The notes under the pieces: generated by a model | Databases searched by the model: none | Told to the model about the DNA's origin: nothing | What the model saw: the letters and a program-made list of their open reading frames with translations, nothing else | Program-made: the position numbers and the translations under genes | Source: Vicinamibacterales bacterium | Lineage (GTDB): Bacteria; Acidobacteriota; Vicinamibacteria; Vicinamibacterales; UBA8438 | Length of the DNA stretch: 64,000 nt | Strand: one strand, 5' to 3' | NCBI GenBank assembly: GCA_963663815.1 | Contig: OY760734.1 | Shown: piece by piece, positions 9,526 through 18,817 of the stretch | Position numbering within the stretch: the stretch's first letter is position 1 | Layout of the letters: each line of letters opens with the position of its first letter

Positions 9526-10452
9526 GTGGTGATGGCTACGGAGGCGGTAGATGCGGAGCAGGCCTCGACGAGTGTGCCCGGGCTGAAGGTGGGCACCCGG
9601 GTTCCCGCCAAGGACGAGGACTGGATCTCGGGCACGAAGGGGGACGGAGAGGGGGAAGCCACGCCTGCCGCTGAGAACGCGCAGGGGCAAGGTGCGCCCA
9701 AGAACGCGCCGGCGGAGCAGAGCGTGGACGACACGGCACAGTCGGGGAAGGGCGGCGGGCAGGAGCGAAGCCTGGCGTCGGTGGCGACGTCGGCGTCGGA
9801 CGATTCGGGTGAGTTGATCAAGCTGCTGCGTGACTTGGAGTCGGGTGACCGTAGCCTCGGCCCGGACCGCGCGCTGCTGGCGGCGGAAGCGGTCGGCGCG
9901 CTCTTCTCGGCGCCGGGCGGGATGTCGGTGCGGGAGAACGCGGCGCTGGTGATCCGGGAGCTCGCGCGCGCGGGGGTCGACGTCGGGAAAATGCTCGCGG
10001 CGATCGCGGAGGTCTCGGCCCGGGACCGCACGGCGGTGGTGGCGGGTGAGCTCCAGGAAGGCCTGAAGGACGTTATCGCCCTCGTGCACCGGATGGCGGC
10101 GGCGACGTCGTCGCGCGTGGGCGCGCATCTGAGCGGCTTCGACGAGCGCGCCCAGGGCGTGGTCACATCGGCGCTGATGGCGCAGGCGGTGCTCGATCAG
10201 GTGGAGGCGAACAGCCGGAAGTTGATCGCGCGTTTCGACGAGGTCAAGCGGACGACGGAGAGCCTGGGGTCCAGGGTCGGCGCCGCGAAGGTGGAGGTCC
10301 AGGCGGCGGCGACGGCGGCCGAGGGCTGGGTGGAGCACGCGGGGACGCTGGGCCGGGGCGTGTGGTGGTGGGCGCTCGTGGGCGGGGTCATGGGCGGCGT
10401 CATGAGCGGCGCGTTCGCCGGTCTCATCCAGAGGGCGTTGGCGGGGCTGTGA
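9526..10452 (+). CDS. Hypothetical coiled-coil protein with C-terminal TM anchor
   Basis: GGAGAGG RBS, helical heptad-rich middle, C-terminal VWWWALVGGVMGG segment. Stop overlaps the next ATG. Confidence 0.55.
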   Translation: MVMATEAVDAEQASTSVPGLKVGTRVPAKDEDWISGTKGDGEGEATPAAENAQGQGAPKNAPAEQSVDDTAQSGKGGGQERSLASVATSASDDSGELIKLLRDLESGDRSLGPDRALLAAEAVGALFSAPGGMSVRENAALVIRELARAGVDVGKMLAAIAEVSARDRTAVVAGELQEGLKDVIALVHRMAAATSSRVGAHLSGFDERAQGVVTSALMAQAVLDQVEANSRKLIARFDEVKRTTESLGSRVGAAKVEVQAAATAAEGWVEHAGTLGRGVWWWALVGGVMGGVMSGAFAGLIQRALAGL

Positions 10453-13367
10453 TGGCTCGGGAGAACGAGGGCGCCGGACGGTCGGCCGCGTCGTTCGACG
10501 GCGAGGACCTCGTGCGCCGGTTGACGGGAGCCGGTGGTGACGAGCGCGCCGAGAGGAAGGCGGTCGGCGACTACCTCGCGGAGCTCTCCGAGGCCGCGCG
10601 CGGGGCGAAGCTGGACGCCCTCCGGTCGGGCGTGGCGGAGGCGCGGGCGCGGCGCGAGAAGGAGAAGCCGCCGCCGGACTGGTGGACGCTCGCCAACGGG
10701 ATCGAGCAGAAGGAGGCGGAGGTCGGCCGCGAGTGGCGGCTCCGGGCGAAGTCGGTGGCGGGGGCGCTCGAGGAGTTCGCTCAGGCGGACCCGGGCAAGG
10801 ACCGCGCCTGGCTGCGGCGGGATATCGCGGCGCTGAAGTCGCCGGAGTACGACCCGTTCGCGGAGAGGCGCGGCGCCGCGGCGGAACGGGAACCGGCCGC
10901 AACCGTTCCCGCGACTGGAACGGGCCGCGCGGCCGCGACGGTGCAGGTGGCCGGAACGCAGGCGGCGGGCGGCGAGAAGGGGAAGGGCGATCGAGCTCCG
11001 GAGCCGGGTCCTTACAAGAGGTCGCTCGCCGAGCGGCTCGTGGCGAACCCCGAGCACCCCGAAACGGTCATCAAGCAGGCCGTCCACGAGTACCTCGAGG
11101 AGGCCGGCTCAAAGTACCTGGAGAGGCTCGAGAAGGCCCTCGACGCGAGTCTGCGCACGCCCGCGGCCAAGGCGCTGGCGGAGTGCGACGCGGCGAAGCG
11201 GGAGTTCCGGGAGACGGAGCGGACGGTGGTCGTTCAGGCGGCGGGCGTGAAGCAGGACCTCAAGGAGCAGCCGGAGCGCCAGTCGGCGGCGCGCGAGCCG
11301 TCGCCGGCCGGGCCCGCGGATGCGACGCGTGAGCGCGTCGGCACAGGGGAGAGGGGCCTGGGTCCTCGGTCCCTCGACGCGGAACGCGCCCGCGAGGCGC
11401 AGGCGGACATGGAGGGCGGGCCTCGAGCGTTCGCGGCCGGCGTCACCTACCGCCTCGGCCTCCAGGTCGCCGCGGCGCGCGGCGAGGACGCGCTCGCACG
11501 GATGGGGGAGCGGATCGAGGGCTCGACGCGGGCGCAGGCCGGGCTGCGCACGGTGGGCGCGGACCCGCTCCTGGTGGCGGCGGCAGCCGACGCGATGGCG
11601 CGCAAGCGCGGCGACGGCTCGTCTCAGGTCACCGACGTGCTTGAGGGGTGGACGGCGGAGCCGGTCCGGACGAAGACGGCGGTCCTGGCCGTGGACATGC
11701 TCCATGCGCACCGTCGGGAGTGCTCGGAGTTCCCGGACCGGGCGGCGGCGAAGGAGGAGGTCTGGGAGCGCGGGCGGCGGACGTTGGCGGCGGGCCCGGC
11801 GGCGGAATCGGCGGCGCGGGGCTCGCGTACATGGGGAGCGGCGTGCGCGGTGGAGATCGCCGCGGCCCGGGGCGGCCGCGTGGAGAAGGCGCCGCCGGAG
11901 GGCTGGAAGCCGGGTCCCGGCATGGAGGGCTTGGCGCTGTCGAACCGGGGCCGGGCGGCGGTGGCCGCCGCGCGCAAGACGGACCCGGCGGCGCTCCGGC
12001 AGCACGACGCGTCGGCGGGGCCGGTTGTCGAGGGCACGGGCCGGGGTTCGGTCCGCAGCCTCGCGGGCCGGCGGGCGGAGGGCTTCAACCGGGTGCGGCA
12101 GCTGGCGGACGGGTTGCCCGGGCGCGTGATGGCGCCGGTGTCGCGCAGGCTGGTGACCTGGGCGGCGCGGGGGGACGTCACGCGGCTGAAGCGCGTTGGG
12201 GCGGTCATCGGCCGCTCGAAGTGGCTCTCGGCCGGCGTGGTCGCGGCGCGGGTGGACCCGGCCCTGGTTGCGGTGGCGGTGTCGCGGCAGTGCGCGACTT
12301 CGCTCGCGGCGGGGAAGGGCTGGACGCCTCGGGCGGGCGACAACCGGCGCCTGAGCCAGCTGGCGGTGGAGGCGTTCGAGCGGCACGACCGGCGCGAGTC
12401 GGGCGGCGCGCCCGGTGAGAGGGAGGCCCGCGAGGAGCGCTTCGGCGCCTGGCGGGACGGCGTGTCGTCTGGGGTTGCGAAGGAGCTCCGGGAGGTCCAT
12501 GCCGGTTGGGACCGGCGCAAGAACCACGAGTGGTGCGAGTTCGGGGACCGGCAGGCCGAGGCGGCCCGCGCCCGGGCGGGCAGGGACGCCGAGGTCCACG
12601 ACGACGTCGGCCGGGTCCGGAACGGCGAGAAGCTGTGGGCGCAGCCGAGCGTGGCGAGGACGGAGAGGACGGAGAAGACGGAGAGGAAGTCCTTCTCGGA
12701 GCTCTTCACGCGGGCGGACGTGCCGGACGCCGACGGCGGCCGGGTGGTCTTCACGGCAAAGGCGGGCGTCGAGCCGAAGACGCGCGAGGTCTTCGCGCAG
12801 CTGCTGCAGCAGTCCGGCTGTGAGCTGGCGGTCTCTGACCAGGGGGACGGCCGGATCGTGGTCGAGCCGAGCAAGCGTCGGGTGGTGGTCGACCGCGAGG
12901 CGCTGAGGGGACCGGACGCCGGCTCGGTCCTGCTGGTCGCGGCCGCGTCGGCGTTCGTCGCGGCGCGGAGTGACGGGGCGCGTGTCGACCGGGGGGACGG
13001 CCTGACGGCGGCGGGCATGGTCGCGTCGAGGGTCGCGTGCGAGCAGGGCCTCGACTACCAGCCGCCGAGGGTGTTGAGGGAGCTCTCGGTGGACCAGTGG
13101 TCGGAGAAGGCCGTGGCCGAGGGGAGCCGGCACGCCCGGGCGGCCGCCGACCTGGTGGCGAGCCGGCTGGACGGCCGGGACCGGCCGTCTCCGGAGGCGC
13201 AGTCGCGGATCGACGAGGCTCACGCCGCGGTCCGGCGGGCGGCCATCGGCGGTGCGCACGATCGGGTTGCCGGCCGCGAGCTCGACCAGGGCCGCGTCCA
13301 GTCTCAGGCGCGCGATGTGCCGAGGACGCAGACCTTGAACCTGCCGGCGATGGTGCCGGCGAGGTGA
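10452..13367 (+). CDS. Large (~970 aa) hypothetical protein, possible polyvalent/anti-defence protein
   Basis: ATG at 10452 overlaps the upstream stop and the frame is long and open. C-terminus weakly resembles the ArdC/MPTase helical end. Confidence 0.6.
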   Translation: MARENEGAGRSAASFDGEDLVRRLTGAGGDERAERKAVGDYLAELSEAARGAKLDALRSGVAEARARREKEKPPPDWWTLANGIEQKEAEVGREWRLRAKSVAGALEEFAQADPGKDRAWLRRDIAALKSPEYDPFAERRGAAAEREPAATVPATGTGRAAATVQVAGTQAAGGEKGKGDRAPEPGPYKRSLAERLVANPEHPETVIKQAVHEYLEEAGSKYLERLEKALDASLRTPAAKALAECDAAKREFRETERTVVVQAAGVKQDLKEQPERQSAAREPSPAGPADATRERVGTGERGLGPRSLDAERAREAQADMEGGPRAFAAGVTYRLGLQVAAARGEDALARMGERIEGSTRAQAGLRTVGADPLLVAAAADAMARKRGDGSSQVTDVLEGWTAEPVRTKTAVLAVDMLHAHRRECSEFPDRAAAKEEVWERGRRTLAAGPAAESAARGSRTWGAACAVEIAAARGGRVEKAPPEGWKPGPGMEGLALSNRGRAAVAAARKTDPAALRQHDASAGPVVEGTGRGSVRSLAGRRAEGFNRVRQLADGLPGRVMAPVSRRLVTWAARGDVTRLKRVGAVIGRSKWLSAGVVAARVDPALVAVAVSRQCATSLAAGKGWTPRAGDNRRLSQLAVEAFERHDRRESGGAPGEREAREERFGAWRDGVSSGVAKELREVHAGWDRRKNHEWCEFGDRQAEAARARAGRDAEVHDDVGRVRNGEKLWAQPSVARTERTEKTERKSFSELFTRADVPDADGGRVVFTAKAGVEPKTREVFAQLLQQSGCELAVSDQGDGRIVVEPSKRRVVVDREALRGPDAGSVLLVAAASAFVAARSDGARVDRGDGLTAAGMVASRVACEQGLDYQPPRVLRELSVDQWSEKAVAEGSRHARAAADLVASRLDGRDRPSPEAQSRIDEAHAAVRRAAIGGAHDRVAGRELDQGRVQSQARDVPRTQTLNLPAMVPAR

Positions 13368-13391
13368 GAGTGAGAACACGAGGAGGGGGCC

Positions 13392-15704
13392 ATGAGAGTC
13401 GCGGGGACGTTTCGGCGGGCAAGCGCGGCGGCGGTCCTGGCGGCGGCCGCGGCGCTCGTGTGGGGAGAGTCGGACGAGGCGGCGGTGTTGCGGGCGCAGC
13501 AACTGGCCGTCGTCTGCGACCAGGACTGGAGCACGGCGGTCACGGGCCGCGTGAACTGCTTCGTCGACAGCGCCGGGCGGGGCCGGCGGCTGCGGCGTCG
13601 TCATCCGGTCCCTCCGCCGGGTGGGAGCGCCACGAACGTCGGCAACTTCCAGGCCGGGGCCCAGTACTGGGACTACCGCGTCCGCCGGCGGGGCGGCTTG
13701 CCGCTCCTCTACTGCTCGGCGTCGACGCCGGTGCGTGGCCCGGAGCCGCCCTGGCGCGCTGAAGCGATGGGGGGCGCGATCCGGATCGGCGAGCTGGACT
13801 ACGGCCGTGCCCAGGCTCCGGCAGATTCCGACCGGCTGGTGGAGACGTTCTGGGGCGGTCGGACCGACACGCGGCGGTGGACTCGGCGCAGCCGGTACGA
13901 CCGCGAGGGTGGCCGCTGGGAGGCGGAGACCTGGGAGGTGGAGGGCGCGGGTCCGGACCCTGACGAGGACGGGGAGTCGGACGGCGCCGCCGGCGGCGGG
14001 CGCGACGGCCTGGCGGCGGGCTCTCCGGGCGCGAGCTGCCCCGAGGACGGCCTGCTCGTGAATCGGTTGGTGACGGCGGGGCGGCTCCTGGGCGGTTGCA
14101 TGGCGGGGAGCCCCGCCGGCGAGCACTGGATCCACGACGGCGGCCGGTTGCGGGGGGAGGCGCGCTACCGCCCACGCGGACAGGACGGCGGGGAGGAGGA
14201 CGACGACGAGGAGGAGGGAGAGGACGACGACGGCGGCGAAGACGACGAAGACGACGATGAAGGGAACGACGACGACCCCGACGAGGGGGACGACGAGGAC
14301 GACAACGACAACTGCATGCAGGGCGGTGAGAACAACGCCGTCAACGAAGGCTGCCTGGACGACCAGGAGGAGGACTCGGAAGGCGGGGAAGGCAACCTCG
14401 GCAATGGGCCGGAGACCGGGAACGGCGGGGTCGACGATCCCCTGTCGGGCGGGGACGGGTCGCCGGGAGGCGGAGTGGGCGACACCGGGGACGGCATCGA
14501 CTACCAGGACGGCGCCGGCGTCGTGGCCGTCCGCCACAACCTGGCGTGTCTCGAGCTGAACGCGTGGGAGGTGAGGGAGCGGGTGGTCGTGGAGACGGTG
14601 GACGTCCACGACCCGAGCTGCGACCTCGGCGGGAACGGACTCAGGGACCCGTCGTGCGACCTCAGGGGCTTCGACGCGAACGGCAATCTGCAGCGGGAGG
14701 AGTCGCGGCGCGAGCTCTACTGGGCGCGGATTCGCGGCCCCGAGAACGTCCCCTGGGCGCGGGTGTTCTGGGAGGGCCTGCCGTCGGAGATGGGCGGGCC
14801 GTTCGGGTCGGATGGGGCCGGCGCCGTCGTGATGGGCCAGGACGGCAGCGGCTACTGCCTCCTCCGCCAGGGGCTCGTCCGGAACCCCGCGCTGCCCGGC
14901 GTCGTGCCCTCTGTGTCGCGGTTCCTCGCCGGCTCGTGGGCGGAGCCCTTCCGCGGGAGCGTTGCGGCGGTGTGCCCGTCGCAGGAGGACTCCTTCGGCG
15001 CGTCGGTGTCGGTCGCCGGCGCCGGAACGTTCGGCGCGGCCGACGCGCGGTTCGGGGTCCGGGTCTCGGTCGATCACGCGCCGGCCGTCGGGCAGCCCGG
15101 GCTCGACGAGGACCGGCCGCAGGCCGACTACCGGTTGATGCGCCCCTGCGCCGACCATCCCGAGGGCGCGACGGGCTGCGGCGAGGCCTTCGCGTCGAGC
15201 GACGCCCGCAGGCGGCGCCTGGCCGAGGCCGAGCGGCTGATCGGGGTGGAGGAGTCGCGGGGCAACACCCGCTCCTGGTCGGTGGGCAAGGACGCGGAGG
15301 TCGTGGCGTTCGACTGGCGACTCGCGGACACGTTCAATCGGCCGCACGTGGACGGCGTGGACCGCGTCCTCGCCCTCGAGACGGACCACGGCGACGCCGT
15401 CGGCGACTTCGGGTCGGCGACGAGCAGCGAGTCCCGCGTTCTGGCGGGTCCGTGGTTCGGGTGCGGGAGCCTCGAGGGCACGGTGTTCGGGGACGCGGAC
15501 TCGTTGATGAGCTGGTGGAAGGGGCGCGGCACGGACCTGCAGGACGAGCAGCTGGCGTTCGTGGCCGCCGTGCAGCCGCTGGCCGACGCGGTGGTCGCGG
15601 CGGAGACGGAGGCGGAGCGCGAGGGTGCGCGGGCGGCGTTCGAGGCGGCCGTCGCCGAGCGCTATCTGGAAGCCCGGGGCGACACCCGAGGCATCTGCGG
15701 GTGA
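13392..15704 (+). CDS. Secreted Cys-rich protein with Asp/Glu low-complexity tract
   Basis: GGAGGAGG RBS, signal peptide, acidic tract 14193-14312, tandem DPSCDL repeat at 14610 and 14646. Confidence 0.62.
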   Translation: MRVAGTFRRASAAAVLAAAAALVWGESDEAAVLRAQQLAVVCDQDWSTAVTGRVNCFVDSAGRGRRLRRRHPVPPPGGSATNVGNFQAGAQYWDYRVRRRGGLPLLYCSASTPVRGPEPPWRAEAMGGAIRIGELDYGRAQAPADSDRLVETFWGGRTDTRRWTRRSRYDREGGRWEAETWEVEGAGPDPDEDGESDGAAGGGRDGLAAGSPGASCPEDGLLVNRLVTAGRLLGGCMAGSPAGEHWIHDGGRLRGEARYRPRGQDGGEEDDDEEEGEDDDGGEDDEDDDEGNDDDPDEGDDEDDNDNCMQGGENNAVNEGCLDDQEEDSEGGEGNLGNGPETGNGGVDDPLSGGDGSPGGGVGDTGDGIDYQDGAGVVAVRHNLACLELNAWEVRERVVVETVDVHDPSCDLGGNGLRDPSCDLRGFDANGNLQREESRRELYWARIRGPENVPWARVFWEGLPSEMGGPFGSDGAGAVVMGQDGSGYCLLRQGLVRNPALPGVVPSVSRFLAGSWAEPFRGSVAAVCPSQEDSFGASVSVAGAGTFGAADARFGVRVSVDHAPAVGQPGLDEDRPQADYRLMRPCADHPEGATGCGEAFASSDARRRRLAEAERLIGVEESRGNTRSWSVGKDAEVVAFDWRLADTFNRPHVDGVDRVLALETDHGDAVGDFGSATSSESRVLAGPWFGCGSLEGTVFGDADSLMSWWKGRGTDLQDEQLAFVAAVQPLADAVVAAETEAEREGARAAFEAAVAERYLEARGDTRGICG

Positions 15705-15736
15705 CCGGGGAGTTCCGGGGCCGGTATCCCTGCGCG

Positions 15737-15925
15737 ATGTCGGTGCGGCTGACGCGGGAGCAGCAGGAGGAGCTGGACCGGTTGAGCCAGGAGTTCCGGG
15801 TGTCTCGGGCGCAGCTACTGCGGGAGGCCATCGACCTGGGGTTCAAGCCGATGGTGAAGCGCCTTCGCCGGGACCGCGGCGGGACGGAATCCGGCGGTCG
15901 CGGCCCCGTGAACGGGACGGATTGA
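15737..15925 (+). CDS. Ribbon-helix-helix (CopG-like) regulator
   Basis: MSVRLTREQQEELDRLSQEFRVSRAQLLREAID fits the RHH pattern (beta strand, helix, SR..LLREAI). Confidence 0.72.
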   Translation: MSVRLTREQQEELDRLSQEFRVSRAQLLREAIDLGFKPMVKRLRRDRGGTESGGRGPVNGTD

Positions 15926-15942
15926 ATCGAAAGGGGTGAGGG

Positions 15943-16602
15943 ATGGATCTCGTTGGGGTGTGCGGCAGTCCGGTGGGCGCCCTCCTGGTGACGGGCTGGT
16001 TGCTGGCGTGGTGGACGGCGGTCGTCCGGGTGCGCGCGGCTCGAGAGGCTCCGGAGGGGCGCCGGACGGTCGGGGCGGGCTTGCGCGAGCTGGTTCATGC
16101 GCGCAGAGCGGCGGGTCGGTCCGTACGGCTCGACGTGGCTGCGGCCGGGGCGTGTGTGCTGTTGTTGACGTCGGCCGGCGAGACCGCGGCCGCGGTGACC
16201 CTCGAGGACGTGCGCCGCGCGCCGCGGCTTCAGGAGCTCGGCCCCGCGGTGCCGATGATCGAGGACGAGGCCCTGGTCGACTGGGCGACGGACTGGCAGC
16301 GGCGCCTCGAGCCGCTGTCGCCGCAGTCGATCGACCGGCTGTCGGTGGGGCGGCGCTCGGTGTGGCGCACGGTGGCCGGGGTGGTCCTCGTCGCGGCCGC
16401 GGGCTACGTGGCCTACGAGAGCGTGCGGTGGCACCGACAGGACGCCGGCCGCATGGTCGCGGGCGGCAGCCGGGCACGGTCGGCCTGGAACCACGTCGGT
16501 CTCGCCGGCGGCCTGTCGCTGGCCGGGATCGCTGGCGGGACGGGCCGCATGATGCTGGGCCCGTGGAGCCGGGTGCGGGGCATCGAACAGGGGTATCTGT
16601 GA
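15943..16602 (+). CDS. Hypothetical membrane protein
   Basis: AAGGGGTGAGG RBS region, several TM segments, stop overlaps the next GTG. Confidence 0.5.
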   Translation: MDLVGVCGSPVGALLVTGWLLAWWTAVVRVRAAREAPEGRRTVGAGLRELVHARRAAGRSVRLDVAAAGACVLLLTSAGETAAAVTLEDVRRAPRLQELGPAVPMIEDEALVDWATDWQRRLEPLSPQSIDRLSVGRRSVWRTVAGVVLVAAAGYVAYESVRWHRQDAGRMVAGGSRARSAWNHVGLAGGLSLAGIAGGTGRMMLGPWSRVRGIEQGYL

Positions 16603-17023
16603 ACCCACGGCGGAAGCCGCCGCGCTCGGAGGTGATCACCCGCGCGGACGGGCGGGTGTACCTCCGGCGCTGGCGCCTGTGGCGCGGGAGGTTCTTCTCA
16701 GTCTACCTCCACCGCTTCATGGCGTCCGACCAAGCCGAATGCGCGCACGACCATCCGTGGCCGTTCGTGTCGCTGGTGCTGTCGGGCGGCTACGTCGAGG
16801 AGGTCTGGCCGGACGGCGGTTCCGCCGCGGCGGAGCACGTCCGGCGTGGGCTGCTGTCGCTCGCGTCGCGCGACGCGCTGCACTGCCACCGGGTGGTGGC
16901 GTGCCGGCCGGGCCGGACGTGGACGCTGGTCCTGACGGGGCCGCGGCGCAGGCTGTTGGGTTCCGGACCCGGGCGGGCGGCTGGGTGCCCGAGGGGAAGT
17001 TCGATCCCGCGGTGGACTGCTGA
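16599..17023 (+). pseudogene. Phage-type cupin-like protein with apparent 1-nt frameshift near 16958-16960
   Basis: YLRRW..SVYLHRF...HDHPWPFVSLVLSGGYVEE..HCHRV..WTLVLTGPRRR. The expected ending (GFRTRAGGWVP) is in the adjacent frame and stops at 17023. Confidence 0.55.
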
Positions 17024-17093
17024 CGGGCTCGGCGCGAATCAGGACGCGGCCGAGGCGGCGTCCGCCGACGGCGACGGGGAAGAGGTCAACGCC

Positions 17094-17228
17094 ATGGGTA
17101 CGGCTATCGAGACGTGCGAGACGGCCCTGGCGGTCGTGCTGGTGGTCGGCTTCCTGCTGGTCGTGCACCTCGCCGTGGTGCTGGACATGGCTCGGGCTCG
17201 CCGGCGACGTCGTGCTCGGCGACGTTGA
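17094..17228 (+). CDS. Small single-TM peptide
   Basis: GAGGT RBS, hydrophobic core, poly-Arg tail. Confidence 0.3.
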   Translation: MGTAIETCETALAVVLVVGFLLVVHLAVVLDMARARRRRRARRR

Positions 17229-17254
17229 GTGGGCGCTCGTCGAGCTCGCGAGCG

Positions 17255-17701
17255 CTATGGCATGGGCGTGATGAATCTCAAGATCGCAAAGGTCAGGGCC
17301 GCCGTCGTGAGGACGGTGCCGACCATCCACTTGATGAGGCGGGTCTCGAGGTTGGCGATCTCGGTGCGGACGCCGGCGATGTCCGTCCGCTGCTCGGTAC
17401 GCAGGTCGGCGATCTGCGCCGAGAGGCGTGTGTCGAGGTTCGCGATCTCCGTGCGGACCACGGCGACTTCGGCGCGTTGCTCGGAGATTTGCCCGGCGAG
17501 CTCGGCGATCTGCCCCGTCAGCTCAGCCCGCTGCCCGGCCATCTCGGTCCGCAGTTCCGCGAGGCCGGTCTTGAACTGGTCGGCCGTGACGTGGTCGCCG
17601 CGTTCGGCGGCGAGCCGGATCGCGTCGGTGATGGCGTCGGCCTGCGCCGGCGTGAACTCGGCGTTGGTCAGCGACCGGGCGACGGCGTGGGTGTCGAGCA
17701 T
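17255..17701 (-). CDS. DUF1640/CCDC90-like coiled-coil protein
   Basis: MLDTHAVARSL..AEFTPAQADAI start, heptad repeats and LETRLIKWMVG plus TM end. Confidence 0.8.
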   Translation of the reverse strand: MLDTHAVARSLTNAEFTPAQADAITDAIRLAAERGDHVTADQFKTGLAELRTEMAGQRAELTGQIAELAGQISEQRAEVAVVRTEIANLDTRLSAQIADLRTEQRTDIAGVRTEIANLETRLIKWMVGTVLTTAALTFAILRFITPMP

Positions 17702-17791
17702 CGGTTCCTCTCCCGAGGAGCTGCCTTCAGACGGGCTGTGCGGGGCTCGAGGCGGTCAAGGTCATCGGGCTTCGAGGTTGTCGCGAAGACG

Positions 17792-18169
17792 CTACAGGCC
17801 GTTCTCGCCGGCCTGAGGGGCTTGTTCGGCTGCGGGTTGCGAACGGCCCGCGCCCGGGACCGGGACGCAGGCCGGAATGCGGATCGGCGGCGGCGTGGAG
17901 ACGGACCATCGGACGTTGCGCGCCGTGTGGTCCTCGCATCCCGGCCGCTGGACGAACAGGTCGAAGTCCTCGTCCATCGGGGCCATCAGGGTGAAGTGCC
18001 CGTCGGGGTCGGTCCAGGCCTCGCTCGGAGCCTCGGGGTGGGAGCCCTCGATGTAGACGCGGACGAGCGAGACGGCGTCGTCGGGGGCGACGATGCGGGA
18101 CGTGCCGATGACCTGGACGGGGAGGGTGCTCATGGCAACGAGGATCATGGCGGCGCTGAAGGGCAGCAT
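17792..18169 (-). CDS. Exported protein with carboxypeptidase-regulatory-like beta-sandwich (tentative)
   Basis: Signal-like MLPFSAAMILVAMS, then VRVYIEG..AWTDPDGHFTL motif. 5' end overlaps the divergent methyltransferase. Confidence 0.4.
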   Translation of the reverse strand: MLPFSAAMILVAMSTLPVQVIGTSRIVAPDDAVSLVRVYIEGSHPEAPSEAWTDPDGHFTLMAPMDEDFDLFVQRPGCEDHTARNVRWSVSTPPPIRIPACVPVPGAGRSQPAAEQAPQAGENGL

Positions 18170-18815
18170 CGACAGGCGCACGAGGATCGATACCGCTTTC
18201 TGGCTTCTCGGGCTGGTCGTGGTCATCGTCTTCCTCCGGTGGACGGTCACGCCCGGCGGGTCGAGCCGCCTCGCGGACTTCCTTGCGTGGGTCCAGGGCC
18301 AGGGCGCCGTCGGCGCGAACCTCTCGGATTATATGCCGTCGCGGATCGAGACCGCCGAGCGCATGCTCGAGGTCGCCGGCGTCGGTCCGGACCAGGTGTT
18401 CCTGGACATCGGCTCGGGCGACGGCCGCCTCGTCGTGCTCGCGGCCCGGGCGGGGGCGGAGGCCATCGGCATCGACCGGCAGGAGCTCCTCGTCGAGCGC
18501 GCCCGCGACAACGCGGCGATGGCGGGGGTGGCGGACCGCGCGCGGTTCGTGCACGCCGACGCGCTCGATGTCCCCTCGATCGTCGAGCGCGCCGATGTCG
18601 TCGCGGTGTTCCTGACCATCGCGGGGCTCTCGGTGGTCGGGCCGTACCTGGCCGAGGTGTTGCGCCCGGGCACCGTCGTCGTCTCGAACACGTTCGCGGT
18701 CCCGGGGTGGCGGCCGGAGTCGGTGACGATGGTGGAGGTCGACCGGCGCTGGGGCCGGACCCCGGTGTACCGCTACCGGGTGCCGGAGGCCTTCGCCGGG
18801 AACGCGGGGGACTGA
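18132..18815 (+). CDS. Class I SAM-dependent methyltransferase with N-terminal TM
   Basis: YMPS..ETAERMLEVAGVGPDQVFLDIGSGDGRLVV, GID, FVHADAL, ADVVAVFL, LRPGTVVVSNTF. Confidence 0.8.
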   Translation: MATRIMAALKGSIDRRTRIDTAFWLLGLVVVIVFLRWTVTPGGSSRLADFLAWVQGQGAVGANLSDYMPSRIETAERMLEVAGVGPDQVFLDIGSGDGRLVVLAARAGAEAIGIDRQELLVERARDNAAMAGVADRARFVHADALDVPSIVERADVVAVFLTIAGLSVVGPYLAEVLRPGTVVVSNTFAVPGWRPESVTMVEVDRRWGRTPVYRYRVPEAFAGNAGD

Positions 18816-18817
18816 GG

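Noticed and set aside
11109-15389. 1426-aa minus-strand ORF
   Set aside because: Antisense shadow of the + strand genes in very high-GC DNA, with low-complexity Arg/Pro/Ala composition and no motifs.
17114-18817. Apparent 570-aa N-terminal extension of TopA
   Set aside because: It overlaps three other plausible genes. TopA motifs start at the GTG at 18818, right after the methyltransferase stop.
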